A stretch of DNA of 64,000 nt from Mayamaea pseudoterrestris (lineage: Eukaryota), in contig BROI01000001.1 of NCBI GenBank assembly GCA_027923505.1, positions 2,728,001 to 2,792,000 of the forward strand, given 5' to 3'. Made by a program: the position numbers and the translations under genes. This document shows positions 45,241-56,400 of the stretch, one piece after another; position 1 is the first letter of the stretch, and every line of letters begins with the position of its first letter. The notes beneath the pieces were generated by a model that worked only from the letters and a program-made list of their open reading frames with translations, was not told where the DNA came from and made no database searches.

Positions 45241-45884
45241 TTATTTGATGACAGGAGACAGCATGCCAGCAACCTTATCCGCATCGTTGCAAATAAACGT
45301 GTACGCCAGTTCCTTGCCATCCTTCGTGAACGTCACTCGTACTCCAGATCCACTCTTAGGCAAATAACCCTTTTCCATGCTTGGTAACTGGATACGAATT
45401 CCGTAACCTCCCCAGTCGCAACAGGCACTAATGTTTTCGATGGCTTCGACCGACTCAATGGTGCTCCGATCAATGCGCATCTGTGCACATTCAACCGAGT
45501 AACCAAACTGTAATTCTGTTGTAGTGACTCTGACATGGTACTTCCTGAAAAGCTCAAGAAAAGTGTTCATCAAATGAGACATATTGTATTCGTAGCGCTA
45601 GTTTTGAAAGATACGAAAGCGCATGCAATTGCTAGGTAGTCAGCTCTCGCGCGTTCGCTCACTCAATCGACGTCCGTCGTTTCATTCGTGTACGCGCGTG
45701 TTGCATAATATTAGAACAGCAACATTCTCTTTTTATACTCAGCCACTTACCATACAAAGGGCATGAAGCAAGGCGCCAAAATGAGCGTCCATAGAAAGCA
45801 GGGCTGATACTCTTCCGCATAAAGAACATCTTCTGCATGTGTACGTGTAACAGATGTCACAGTCGTCGTTCCTTCCTCTGCCAT
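45241..45884 (-). CDS. Small membrane-anchored protein with a WGGYGIR motif; exons 45884-45751, 45544-45241
   Basis: Intron 45545-45750 joins PFV-W-KYHV in frame. One TM followed by a beta-rich, PH-like segment. Confidence 0.7.
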
Positions 45885-46393
45885 GGTGATCGTATCAAAA
45901 ACGCTGACGGCAAACACTGGTGATACTCTCAGTGTTACGTTTTGCGCAACTCCTCTCTTACTATGAGCAAGCAAGGCGATGATCTGCTGCCATGGTGGGG
46001 AAGGGAGGGTCATTGAACATCACCGCAAGATCGAAGACCGCTTGAGGTCGATTGTCGCATCGAAATTCGTCTGATAATACTATAGCCTCAATATTATTAT
46101 TGCCTTGATGACTAGTTGTTCCCGTTAGATGACTAGTTTTCATTGGGATTGGCTCGGTCAACGTGCATCACGCGTAGTATTCACACTTTGGCATTCGTCG
46201 CATCGGATCGGCCATGGACGACCACCACAAAGCTTCGACAAGTCTCCACGAGGGTTTACTTGAGGCGGTTGAAGCACTTGGCAGAAGACATTGCCGCTTA
46301 TTGACGTATACGCCTATTAAAATACTAGAGGAAGAGCTTGAAACGATATTTCTTACTTCATAAGTATACTAGGAAGCTGCTCCGCCAGGGCCA

Positions 46394-48517
46394 ATGCGAA
46401 CCATCATAATCGGCTGTTGCATAGTGATTGACTATCAATGCCGGTGGCAAGCTTCGGCGCATTCGGATACAGCCCGGAGACTCTTGAGTAAACGACAATC
46501 TGAATTTGATCGTGTGTATCTCGACTATGCCGGACGCCATCCGCATGAAGGGCACGATAATGATAGATCGCTCCAACAGCAGCACTTAAGCAACGACACG
46601 TCGGCAAGCGTTTACTATGAACCCATTCGGTTTCAGTTTGACACGCAAGCCATAGAAGCAAGACGAGGGATTGGCCTGGACGACGAGATTGATTTCATTC
46701 TATCGACCGTGTTACCTACTGTTGCCGACAATTGGAGTCGACATTTATACGTGGTTCCAAACCTAGCGTCCATCACCATCAACACAACCACGTGCCCCGG
46801 AATCTTTCAGGGACGACAGGAAGGAGACTTTCAAGCAACGACAATGTTTGACGTTGATTTGGCCATTGTCGTTGCTGCCTACGATGAACTGCTCTATGAC
46901 GACGGAATTACCATGAAGCTTTGTGGACAAGATTCGTCTACTTTGGCTCTCGCCCTGCCGTGTGCGCTAGATCAACTAGATCGACCGGCCATTGGTTTCA
47001 TCAATTTTTGTTTGAACAAGACAAGTACGGCAGGGTCTGGTACGATGACGGACGACTTGCAGCAACAGTTTGGAAGCTATTTAAATACGACTTTTCGCGA
47101 TGATGACATTAAAAACAATGTCATTGAAGTGGCGACGCATGAGCTAGGACACGCGCTTGGTTTCACGAGCGATATGTACAAGTATTACAGAGATGAATAT
47201 GGCATTCCGCGAACACCTCGTCCATTTCAGTACTCGAGGATGAGCTGCCCTAATGGCGAGAATGTGACGCAAATATTTCCGTCGGAAAACACGGTGCAAC
47301 TATTATCGTCGACGGGTGGACGACTGAGCCATCATATTGTTACGCCACGAGTTGCTCAGGTGGTGCGAAACTTGTTCAACTGCCCAAGTCTTCGAGGAGC
47401 ACGACTCGACGATTCGCCGACGGATTGCTTGAGCTCACATTTTCACGAGCGTCTGTTCTATAATGAACTCATGGGTCCACAATATGCATCGGCGAGTCAA
47501 AACATACTTTCGCCTTTGACACTGGCGCTCATGGAAGACACTGGATTTTATAAGGTGGATTATCGAGGGGCGCCGATCTCTGCCTATGGACTTGGCGCAG
47601 GTTGTGATTTTGTTTACGGAGAGTGCGTTGTCAACGACAGCATTCCGGATTACGGCATCAGTTCTTTTTGTAATACTTCGATGGAATTCACAATCTTTGG
47701 CAATCTTGAATTGAAATCTCTTAACTCGGCTACATGCGACCCGAGCCACAAGTCGTGGGTGACGTGCGACTTGTACAATAGTTCTACGGTTCCATACATT
47801 TTTAATACGACAATAAACAAGATAGTATATTGGTCGGCACAGGAGCTATTTACGCCAAATGACAAAGCCGACTCTTGCCCTATGCTAGCTGTGGGACTTG
47901 GGAGGGATTGCACCCTCTATGATCCGACGTACGAGGCTCATTATGAGGGAGAAGTCACGGGTACGGAAAGCAGATGCATTCGAACCTCTGCGGCATGGAG
48001 CAGCGAGCCTTATAACCGGCCGGCCTGCTTTGAAGTTATTTGCGACTCGTCTTTGGCGCAGGTCCAGCTAAGAATTGGCGAGCAGCTTCTTTCATGCGAT
48101 TGGGACGGACAAACCATTGCCGTCGGCGGCGACTCACCATACAGCATTGTCTGTCCCGATCGTTCGGCAGTCTGTCCGCAACTATTTTCTTGCCCATCTC
48201 ATTGCTCTGGCAGAGGGGTATGTTTGTTTAATGCTACTCTGCCATACTGTCAGTGCTTTGATGGAGCTCTAAGGAATCCTGCTTGTCGCCAACCTATTCT
48301 TAGAACACCTGCTGTTTCCCCGTCGGCATCCCAACAACCTATAAATCAGCCGATGGCAACATTGACTCCATCATTGACCAAATTGGAGACGTATATACCA
48401 ACACGCTCGACGGCTGCTTCAGCTGAGTCGCCGTTGTCGTCATCGGTCGCTCGATTCGGATTAATGACGGTTCTGGGTGTTTTGGGGATTGCCACAGCCA
48501 TTGCTGTCTTACCTTAG
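46394..48517 (+). CDS. Leishmanolysin/GP63-like metalloprotease (M8), probably GPI-anchored
   Basis: HELGHALGF, SHFHERLFYNELM, LTLALMEDTGFY, Cys-rich C-terminus, EGF-like CPSHCSGRGVC, S/T/P stalk, hydrophobic tail. Confidence 0.92.
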   Translation: MRTIIIGCCIVIDYQCRWQASAHSDTARRLLSKRQSEFDRVYLDYAGRHPHEGHDNDRSLQQQHLSNDTSASVYYEPIRFQFDTQAIEARRGIGLDDEIDFILSTVLPTVADNWSRHLYVVPNLASITINTTTCPGIFQGRQEGDFQATTMFDVDLAIVVAAYDELLYDDGITMKLCGQDSSTLALALPCALDQLDRPAIGFINFCLNKTSTAGSGTMTDDLQQQFGSYLNTTFRDDDIKNNVIEVATHELGHALGFTSDMYKYYRDEYGIPRTPRPFQYSRMSCPNGENVTQIFPSENTVQLLSSTGGRLSHHIVTPRVAQVVRNLFNCPSLRGARLDDSPTDCLSSHFHERLFYNELMGPQYASASQNILSPLTLALMEDTGFYKVDYRGAPISAYGLGAGCDFVYGECVVNDSIPDYGISSFCNTSMEFTIFGNLELKSLNSATCDPSHKSWVTCDLYNSSTVPYIFNTTINKIVYWSAQELFTPNDKADSCPMLAVGLGRDCTLYDPTYEAHYEGEVTGTESRCIRTSAAWSSEPYNRPACFEVICDSSLAQVQLRIGEQLLSCDWDGQTIAVGGDSPYSIVCPDRSAVCPQLFSCPSHCSGRGVCLFNATLPYCQCFDGALRNPACRQPILRTPAVSPSASQQPINQPMATLTPSLTKLETYIPTRSTAASAESPLSSSVARFGLMTVLGVLGIATAIAVLP

Positions 48518-48664
48518 CCAAACCATAGACGAATTGATGATGGAGCATTGCGCCACAGCTACTGAATTATACAAGCGACAAATAGCCCTTACATACTGTA
48601 GACACATAAATCACAGATTCTATCCGTTAATCTATCGTAAATGCATACTGCTGACATGAAAGCC

Positions 48665-51600
48665 TCACATATCGCTGGGAAGCGGTGGCAGGATCAGTCT
48701 ACTGTTAAAGCTGCCTTGCAAGAGGAAAGAGAACGGCAATCGGTTTCGACGGAAATGAACCATGAGATTCCAGAAAATTGTAGCTTGTATTCCTGTTCCG
48801 CTACGCCATGAAGGATCGAGAAGACGATCTATACCACTTTCTCCCTTCACGATGTTTTGCAGGTTTCTGCGGATGACCCAAGGCGACAAGAACTCACAAT
48901 AGAGCGGCGTTCCACTGCCCTGCGAGCCTTCAAACGTTGAAGCAGAACATGTCACAACGAATTGCGGCACGAAGCGATACAAGCACTTGGGGCACTTGGT
49001 GGTGTAGTCACTAAAGCCACATGGCGTCCATCCCATACAAACGTCCGTCTCCATCAATACGTATGAGCATTGAGGGCATGGGTCACTTGTTGTATCAATT
49101 GACAGGTTTGGGAATACGAAATCAAGTAGCGACTCTCCGAGCGCAACTTGTCTCTGCACCATTTCTGTAACCAATCGATTCAGGACGGGGGTCTGGACAG
49201 TTTTACGGCGTCTTCTCCCTCGTTCCTTTCTAAGCATTAAAGGATTCTGCGGTGGACCAACATATTGTGAAAGCCAGTCTAAAATGGCAGCGCCTCCGCT
49301 CGAGTGAGACTTAACCTCTACACTTGCAACATCCGCACTCTCGACGCCATCGATCGCCTTGTCGTAAAACCGAGCAATGGAAGTAGAAGAGGGTGTATCT
49401 CCTCGCAACTTTGCAGTAGCTTCCGCTGCCACCAACTTCTTTTTCAGATAGGAAAAGTAAGCATCAGAATCTTGCCGCGTTTTCTTGTTTGCGTTAAGCC
49501 TGGTCGAATGAGAAGATCCGATGTCGACTCCATTTTCACCATCCTGTACAAACGCCGCGATAAAACATGCAAGGACTTCACTGTCCGCAGCAAAGCCGTC
49601 ATGTCGCATCAGCTGGATGAGGTTTAAAGCACGATGAGTGTCGCCACAACGACCGCATGCCTCCATTAAGCTTAAGTAAGCATCTGAATCAACCGACAGG
49701 CCACGCAAATTCATAGTTTTCAGAATATCGAATGCCAAATCTAATTGCGCAGCAGCCACTTCTCTCGCTTCGTCAAACTCATCCAGAGCTTCGCCGATCT
49801 CTTTCGGGCCAAGGCCTATTGCTTCGGTCAACTGAAGCTGGAGATTAGCGACTTCATCCGCCGCCGGCTTGAAAATAGCGCTGTAAATGTCCTGAGCACC
49901 ACCCTCGCAGTATGCGAGCACCTGCATCATCGTGACAAGCCCTTCGTTGGGGCAAGCATCACATGCGATGTCCGAAATAAGACCTTCAACTGCTTCTCGT
50001 TCCTCTAAACCTTCCGTCTGGTCAATCTGTTGATGCTCTCCGTCTATTTTATAATCAAGGCCCACCCCCATGCTATCGAGCTCTTGGCGACGCCTTTTCG
50101 CATATTCTTGCCATTCTCTCCCAACAAGGGCACAATACACAAACAAAAAAACCGTGAATGTTGCAACTTCCAAAGATGGGTCGAAATCCACCCCATAAAA
50201 TTCGCCCGACTCGTTGGCAATGTCATCGTCGACAATTGTAGCTCGCAGTTTCTCGACAAGTAGCGCTTGCCTGTCAAACTCGGCGACTAATGTTTTAGGA
50301 AGTGGCCGAGGTATAGACAGCAGTTTAGTATTTAACTCTTCTGGCCACGACTTGTACGCATAAGGTTTCAATACGGAGGAAAAGTCAACATCTTTCAGAC
50401 CTTCCCCACTCGGAGCGATCGCTTTGATTTTTTGAAGGTCCTTGTGCGCCTTCGCGTTCTGTAATAGCGGGGTTTCGCTTTTCCGAAGCTTCAGCTTGCT
50501 ACGGTTTATCTTCGCCTTGATGCTCTGATCAAAAAAGATGAGATCAGGCTCGCCAGGACTATACATTCGCCTGGTCAAGAAATCGTCAAAATGCTGCGTT
50601 AAACAGAATTCTGCAAGAAACTCGGCTGCTTCAGACTTTTGTGAGTCCAAAAAGCCTCCACGGTTAAAGGAAGGCTTGACAACCGTTCCTCCACCCTGTT
50701 TGGTGATAGTTCTGCTTGGAATTGAGAGGAACACGTGATAACCCTTCATGAGAGCCACAAAGAATCTTAAAAACGCTTCCTGTGCTAGCCACATGTTTTG
50801 CTCATCCTCTGGAAGCGTGTCTTCGAGAAGGTTGGGTGAATCTGGTGTATACGCCAAGTTGAATGCATGATCAAGTCCACTGAGTTTTTCAATCCATTGG
50901 TTATCTTTTGTTATTGTGGGTACTACTCGCTTATGTAGCTTCTTTGTCGACATAGTCCTGTATTCCTTTTCCAAGCCACGTGCCCGCCAAAAAACATGGC
51001 CAATCGTGTCGTGCAATGTTGCTTGTAGCTTTGACAACTTGCGTTGCGGCAAGTTCGGTATAGGTTGGACCAATTGGCCGATCACAATAGAATTCCGGTC
51101 CAAATCCACAACTATCGTATCGCCTGCGACAAACTGCTGCGCATGCAACCAATTTTCTCGAACAACTCCACAAAGATATGGCATGGGAGCATCCAGCATG
51201 GGACACAACATTCTCGGAAGAAGCGGTATATACAAGTGGCTCCACCGAAAAGGAAACAACATACTGCACAAGATTTCGGCACAAACGCCCAAGATGGAAT
51301 GTTGACTGCTTAGTAGCAAAATCTTGCGTTCCAGTACCATCGCGCTCCATAGCTTTATTATATTGTCCAAATCAAGACACTCGAAAAGTATCTGAAAAGG
51401 AAGAGCGACATATGCAATGGGCAGCTTGGCCGGAGGTGCCCAAATGCGAATGGTGCTATCAAGAATTGACACTTGCACTTCGTATGCCCCAGGCGGCGGC
51501 GCCGGAATTTCCTTGCAAAGATTGACAACATATCGTTCAATGGGGCACATCATCATGTTGGTGGCCGTCGCCAATCGATAGAGCTGTCCCAGGTACTCAC

Positions 51601-52474
51601 GAAACGCCGTGAGATAAGGACCGGTGCTCAGGATGCAAAGTACTTTTGGAAGGTAGAGTGTCTCTTGTTTTTGTAAGAAAGAAATCTCCACACCAGTCGT
51701 CGATACATCTTCATCTTCCTGTGTCATTCTAGCAAATGGGTTGCTGGGTGTAATGGAATACTCCTCCATCATTGTCAAGCAAGTTCCATATATTTTGCGT
51801 CCGCGTTCAGTGGTCAAAGCAAAGTGATGAACACGAGGCATTTCATACGCCTTGGTCGGAACAATAACATCACCAGACGGAAAGCAAAACTGCACTGTCA
51901 TTGGATTTAGCGGATTGTCGTCGTAGTCTTCGAGGGGATATCTTGCAGTAATTTCTGGTGCAAAAGTGTGGTCTGTTCGATGCAGAGGCATGTGAATGTT
52001 TCCTTCCGTCCTCTTGTTGTCATCAGATTTCGTCGGGTATTTTGACTGATCTGTAGAATCGGTAAGATTCCACCCGTTGTTGCCCGTCGGGGACAACGTT
52101 TCGGACGATGTAGATTCAGTGACTGCCAGGTCTGCTTTTGACTGTCCTCTGTTGCGAAAGAATCGGCGAGGATGCTGCCTCGCCCGACCGTCTTTTCCGT
52201 CCTGCTCCTCTACTGACCATCTTGGTTTAGGCGAGACGACAATAAAATATTCCACCAGACGTTGGACAGCAGTCAATTCATTCAACGTATCCTTGATTGG
52301 AGTCTTTCGGAGGCGAAAGGATGGAGTGCGTGCCTTCTTGTCGGAAGCAGGAGGATCAATACAAGTATTCATGTCAATTTGCTTGCGTCGTGAATGTCCA
52401 ATCGGCGATTCCTCTACACCTGGAGATCCATGAGAAGTGCTTAGTGGTTTGTTGTACTGCCGTACCGATTTCAT
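48665..52474 (-). CDS. DENN-domain Rab GEF, DENND4-like
   Basis: uDENN (RLVEYFIVV, QFCFP), cDENN (LFECL...LERKILL...PFRWSHLYIPLLP), dDENN (EAFLRFF), a PPR-like repeat and a C-terminal CxxC...CxxC...LSPWV region. Confidence 0.9.
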   Translation of the reverse strand: MKSVRQYNKPLSTSHGSPGVEESPIGHSRRKQIDMNTCIDPPASDKKARTPSFRLRKTPIKDTLNELTAVQRLVEYFIVVSPKPRWSVEEQDGKDGRARQHPRRFFRNRGQSKADLAVTESTSSETLSPTGNNGWNLTDSTDQSKYPTKSDDNKRTEGNIHMPLHRTDHTFAPEITARYPLEDYDDNPLNPMTVQFCFPSGDVIVPTKAYEMPRVHHFALTTERGRKIYGTCLTMMEEYSITPSNPFARMTQEDEDVSTTGVEISFLQKQETLYLPKVLCILSTGPYLTAFREYLGQLYRLATATNMMMCPIERYVVNLCKEIPAPPPGAYEVQVSILDSTIRIWAPPAKLPIAYVALPFQILFECLDLDNIIKLWSAMVLERKILLLSSQHSILGVCAEILCSMLFPFRWSHLYIPLLPRMLCPMLDAPMPYLCGVVRENWLHAQQFVAGDTIVVDLDRNSIVIGQLVQPIPNLPQRKLSKLQATLHDTIGHVFWRARGLEKEYRTMSTKKLHKRVVPTITKDNQWIEKLSGLDHAFNLAYTPDSPNLLEDTLPEDEQNMWLAQEAFLRFFVALMKGYHVFLSIPSRTITKQGGGTVVKPSFNRGGFLDSQKSEAAEFLAEFCLTQHFDDFLTRRMYSPGEPDLIFFDQSIKAKINRSKLKLRKSETPLLQNAKAHKDLQKIKAIAPSGEGLKDVDFSSVLKPYAYKSWPEELNTKLLSIPRPLPKTLVAEFDRQALLVEKLRATIVDDDIANESGEFYGVDFDPSLEVATFTVFLFVYCALVGREWQEYAKRRRQELDSMGVGLDYKIDGEHQQIDQTEGLEEREAVEGLISDIACDACPNEGLVTMMQVLAYCEGGAQDIYSAIFKPAADEVANLQLQLTEAIGLGPKEIGEALDEFDEAREVAAAQLDLAFDILKTMNLRGLSVDSDAYLSLMEACGRCGDTHRALNLIQLMRHDGFAADSEVLACFIAAFVQDGENGVDIGSSHSTRLNANKKTRQDSDAYFSYLKKKLVAAEATAKLRGDTPSSTSIARFYDKAIDGVESADVASVEVKSHSSGGAAILDWLSQYVGPPQNPLMLRKERGRRRRKTVQTPVLNRLVTEMVQRQVALGESLLDFVFPNLSIDTTSDPCPQCSYVLMETDVCMGWTPCGFSDYTTKCPKCLYRFVPQFVVTCSASTFEGSQGSGTPLYCEFLSPWVIRRNLQNIVKGESGIDRLLDPSWRSGTGIQATIFWNLMVHFRRNRLPFSFLLQGSFNSRLILPPLPSDM

Positions 52475-53420
52475 AGCCTTCGAATGTTATATTGTATAAA
52501 GGAGCAGAACTCGCATTTCTTCATGGTGGAAAATCGTCGTCGTGAGCGAGAGAAATGAACAATCGTACTGGTACCCAACGGTCGATTGACGAGGCCGGCG
52601 CGCAAATGAAGGTTACTATGGCGCACGACATACACGGTCGACTATTGGCTAAAGTGTAGTGAACTAGCGGAATACGGAATCACGCAAACGAGGACTCCAG
52701 AGCCCGACGACCACCTCTTGAACCAACGTGCTGTGATCGTGCAAGAAAGAGAGACTATTAAAGTTGTGTTGCAATCATTTGATTATCTTGTGATTGAAAA
52801 ATTGAGTGTAAGGTATGTCGCCATGTGTATAGTGTCCTGCTTTGGGTTTTGGAATGACCATGGTGAATTTGTGAGAGGGTCGCGATGCTGCGCGCGCCGA
52901 ATTTTGACTGGGTGCTTCTCTAGCGGTTTCCAATGTCAACGCCGACCATGGCATCCGAATGGGCGAAAAACTCGTTCTGGAATACTGCAATTGATGTCCT
53001 TGTGTCGACTATATACTTTGATTCAAATATTCGGTTCGTTGCAACTCAATCAAATTGTTGCTTATGCAATGGAGTCGGATACGTTGTCTCTAATGCTGTA
53101 TCAAAGGTTTCTGGACTAACATGCCGACTCCAATGACAGTCCAAGGGTGGTTCGTGCACCCATCATGCCCCAGAGGCGCTAGCGCTTTCCGTTCTTTACT
53201 GCATGCAATGTTCTTGAATCATTGCACTAAATGGCGTAATCATACATCCATATTCCTTATACTCACCATAACTCCTTTCCTCACTTGCCTCTTTAGCTCC
53301 CATAAAGTCAAACACTCAGCAAGCAAGCAGTGTAGCAAAGTCGACTTCACTTGATTGGTCCAGATACCTTCATTGCGTTTGCTTTTCGTATTTGGTCATA
53401 GATCATAGACCAACACCAAC

Positions 53421-56400
53421 ATGTCGGCACGAGCTCGTCGCGCTGCAGCCTCCAAAAAGGTCAACTATGCCAAGCAACAGGATTTCAGTGATGATGACAT
53501 CTTCGAGGATTCCGATGAAGAGCCAACGCAGCGAAGATCATCTGCTGGAGGGAGTCGCTCCCGGCCCCGCAAGTCCAAGGCGTCGGACCCGAATGTTCCG
53601 CAGTTGCTTCCTACCATGATGGACGATGATCACGAGGGGGGTGGCGTTGCTTCCAGGCCTGTCTTTACGGAAAAGGGATATGATACGAGTCTTCCGCCAT
53701 TGCGCGAGCGGTTTCCATTCTTGCCAGAGTATGAGGACGATGGGTCGCCTAAAATTGAACTTATAGTCGGACGACGTTTGGTAGACGAGAAAGAGGGCGA
53801 CGGCGCCGAAGATTTGCTAAAGCAGGAGGATGGAGAAGACGAAATTGGAAATAATCTAGAGTCTGGCGAAGCGCGCAAGACTCGGCAAAGTCGAGCATTG
53901 GCGGGGACTGCCGACAAAGCATCGTCACCCGAGTCAAAGGACAAGGGTAAAATTAGCCAGACCGAATCGGGGCCTGCCGAATACGAGTACTTGGTCAAGT
54001 ACAAGGGTCGATCTTATTTGCATTTGGAGTGGAAATCAGGCGCTGATTTGGAAAGCATGAACAAGTCGGCCAAAGGGATATACCGTCGATACTTGAAGAA
54101 GCTGAGTCAAGGAACCGATGAAGATCTCGAGAGCCCCGAATTTGATCAAGCTTATATCACACCCGAAAGAATCATTGATGAGGCAGACCAGGAAATAACG
54201 ATTGAGCTTACCGACAAAGAGTTGCTGCGATGGGAGAAACAACGCGAGAAGGAGCTTGCCGCGGAAATGTCCGATGACGATGGCTCTGGTTTAGAGCCGG
54301 CCATGGACGATACTGCAAACCAAAATGGCGACCAATTGAATGCCAACGGTGAGGAAAGGAAAGGTATGTCCGCCGTATTGTTTATTGCATGTCAATGATT
54401 TGAAACGGTCAACTGACAAGAATATCCATTTGACAGGCAATGAAACAGTGTCTGACGAATGGGGTGAAGAGATTATTACAGACTTTTCAACGATACCAAT
54501 CGAGAAACTCCGACGTATTCTTGTTCGCGAAGGTCCCTATTACCCTATTATCGAGGGTAGCGACAATCCTTACCGCGACGGTTATCTTACCGATGCCCCC
54601 AAAAAGCCTAGGGCGTCATATCTTATGTTTCAATGTTCAATGCGCTCATACTTTCAGAAGCTGCATCCGGAGGCACCCCTGACGGAGCTCATGACCATAA
54701 TCGGCGATGCTTGGCGCGCCTTATCAGACTCGGGACGTGAAGCGTTTGTCCAGCTCGCCAAGGAAGAATCTGATCAATATGAAGCGGAACGTGTCAAAAT
54801 GGAGAAGGCACAGCGACCAAACGAGGTGTGGCAGCCATATCGACGGTGCTACCAGGTTGTGGATCGTCTGGCGCAAGACAGCTTTGCGGACATCTTTTTG
54901 GAACCTGTGGATTTGAAAGATTTTCCGGACTATGAAGAGTTTATCGACACTCCAATGGATCTTAGAACGGTTCGAGAAAATTTGGAAAAGAAAAAATACT
55001 TTGCGGTGGAGCAATTTGCTCGGGACATGCGACGAGTAAGTACGACTTTGGCGAGTGACGTAAGGAGTTGGGGAATAGGACGGGTCCTCACCCTTGCCTT
55101 CTTTACAGATCTGGAACAACTGCAAGGTGTATAATCAACATGGCAGCGCTATATGGCACGTCGCCGACTACATGTCAAAGCAATTTGAACGTCTATATCA
55201 TGCATGGGTGCTTGAGTTTCGAGAGCGCTATCTTCGATGGGCCGATCCGCGTGCTCGTCCATGGGAGCTTTCATGTCGGAAGCACGATGGAAAATGCGCA
55301 ACTCCCGACGACCAGATGGTACTTTGCGATCATTGTGATGCTTCGTACGGATTTAAGTGCGTCGACCCGCAGCTCAAGAAGACTCCGAAAAAGGCTTGGC
55401 ATTGTCCCGACTGTAAGCCTAAGCTCAAGTCTGTCAAGGGTGCTCGAATGCTTTCTGCTGTTGCAGAAAACGCGGCACGTAAGCGGGCCGAGCTAGGCGA
55501 CATTCCTAAGAAAAAGAGTAAACAAACGATGTACCTCGTCAAGTGGGCTGGTCTTGGTTACGAATTTTGTACTTGGGAGACTCGCGACGATATCAACGGC
55601 GACGAGCTCATTGCCAATTTTCATCGTCTCGCAAAAGGCCTTGCGGACGCATCTGACATGGAAGAGAGTGTGGTCAACATAGTTCTTGAAAACGCCGAGC
55701 ACGTTACTGAAATAAATGCTGGTGGCGTCTCATGCATCCCGGGGCTCCGGTCGCAGCTTTATGCCCAAACACGGGCACTGCAGTTCATCAAATTTGGACT
55801 AGAGATACCGAAACCTGTTAGTTCTTTTTGTGGACCATACGCTACGCGAACCACTGGCATGTTACAAAAACATCCTCGCCAAGTCATGGAATGCGTCGCC
55901 GATCTGGTGTATCGCGTATCGTGCGGATTACGCCATCGTGTCGTTCGCAGTCACACTGCTTTATTGCCTCCACTTGCTGGTGAGTACGATACAATCATTC
56001 CAGTGACTTCTAAAGGTCTCATGATGAATGTTGGGGAGGTCAACAACTCGGTTGCTTTTCTCGGGTATCGCAGCAATCCGGATGGTAGCAAAGGCCCGGC
56101 TGAGATTGCAAATCTTATTCGCAATAATGGGGATATTATTATAGCGGTCGATGGAGAGTCGACGATTGGAAAATCGTTCAAAGAAGTGATCGGAATGCTC
56201 CGCGTCAGCGGGGAGTTTAAATTTGCATACATGCGTTTCCTCGACAGTCAATTCAAATCGTGCGAAAAAGAACTAGTTAGCACTGGGTTCAAAGGGCGGT
56301 ATGCTTTTGAAAAGCTGCGGAATAAGTTCACGTCTGACCGAAAACGTGTGGTCGTCCATCGTTCGCAGCATCAGCTTCAGGACGATGCGCAACCTTTGGA

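Noticed and set aside
52718..53354. Short ORFs or an ncRNA between the DENN and CHD genes
   Set aside because: No motifs or convincing RNA structure. More likely promoter or 5' UTR, possibly with an intron (donor-like AGGTATGT at ~52811).
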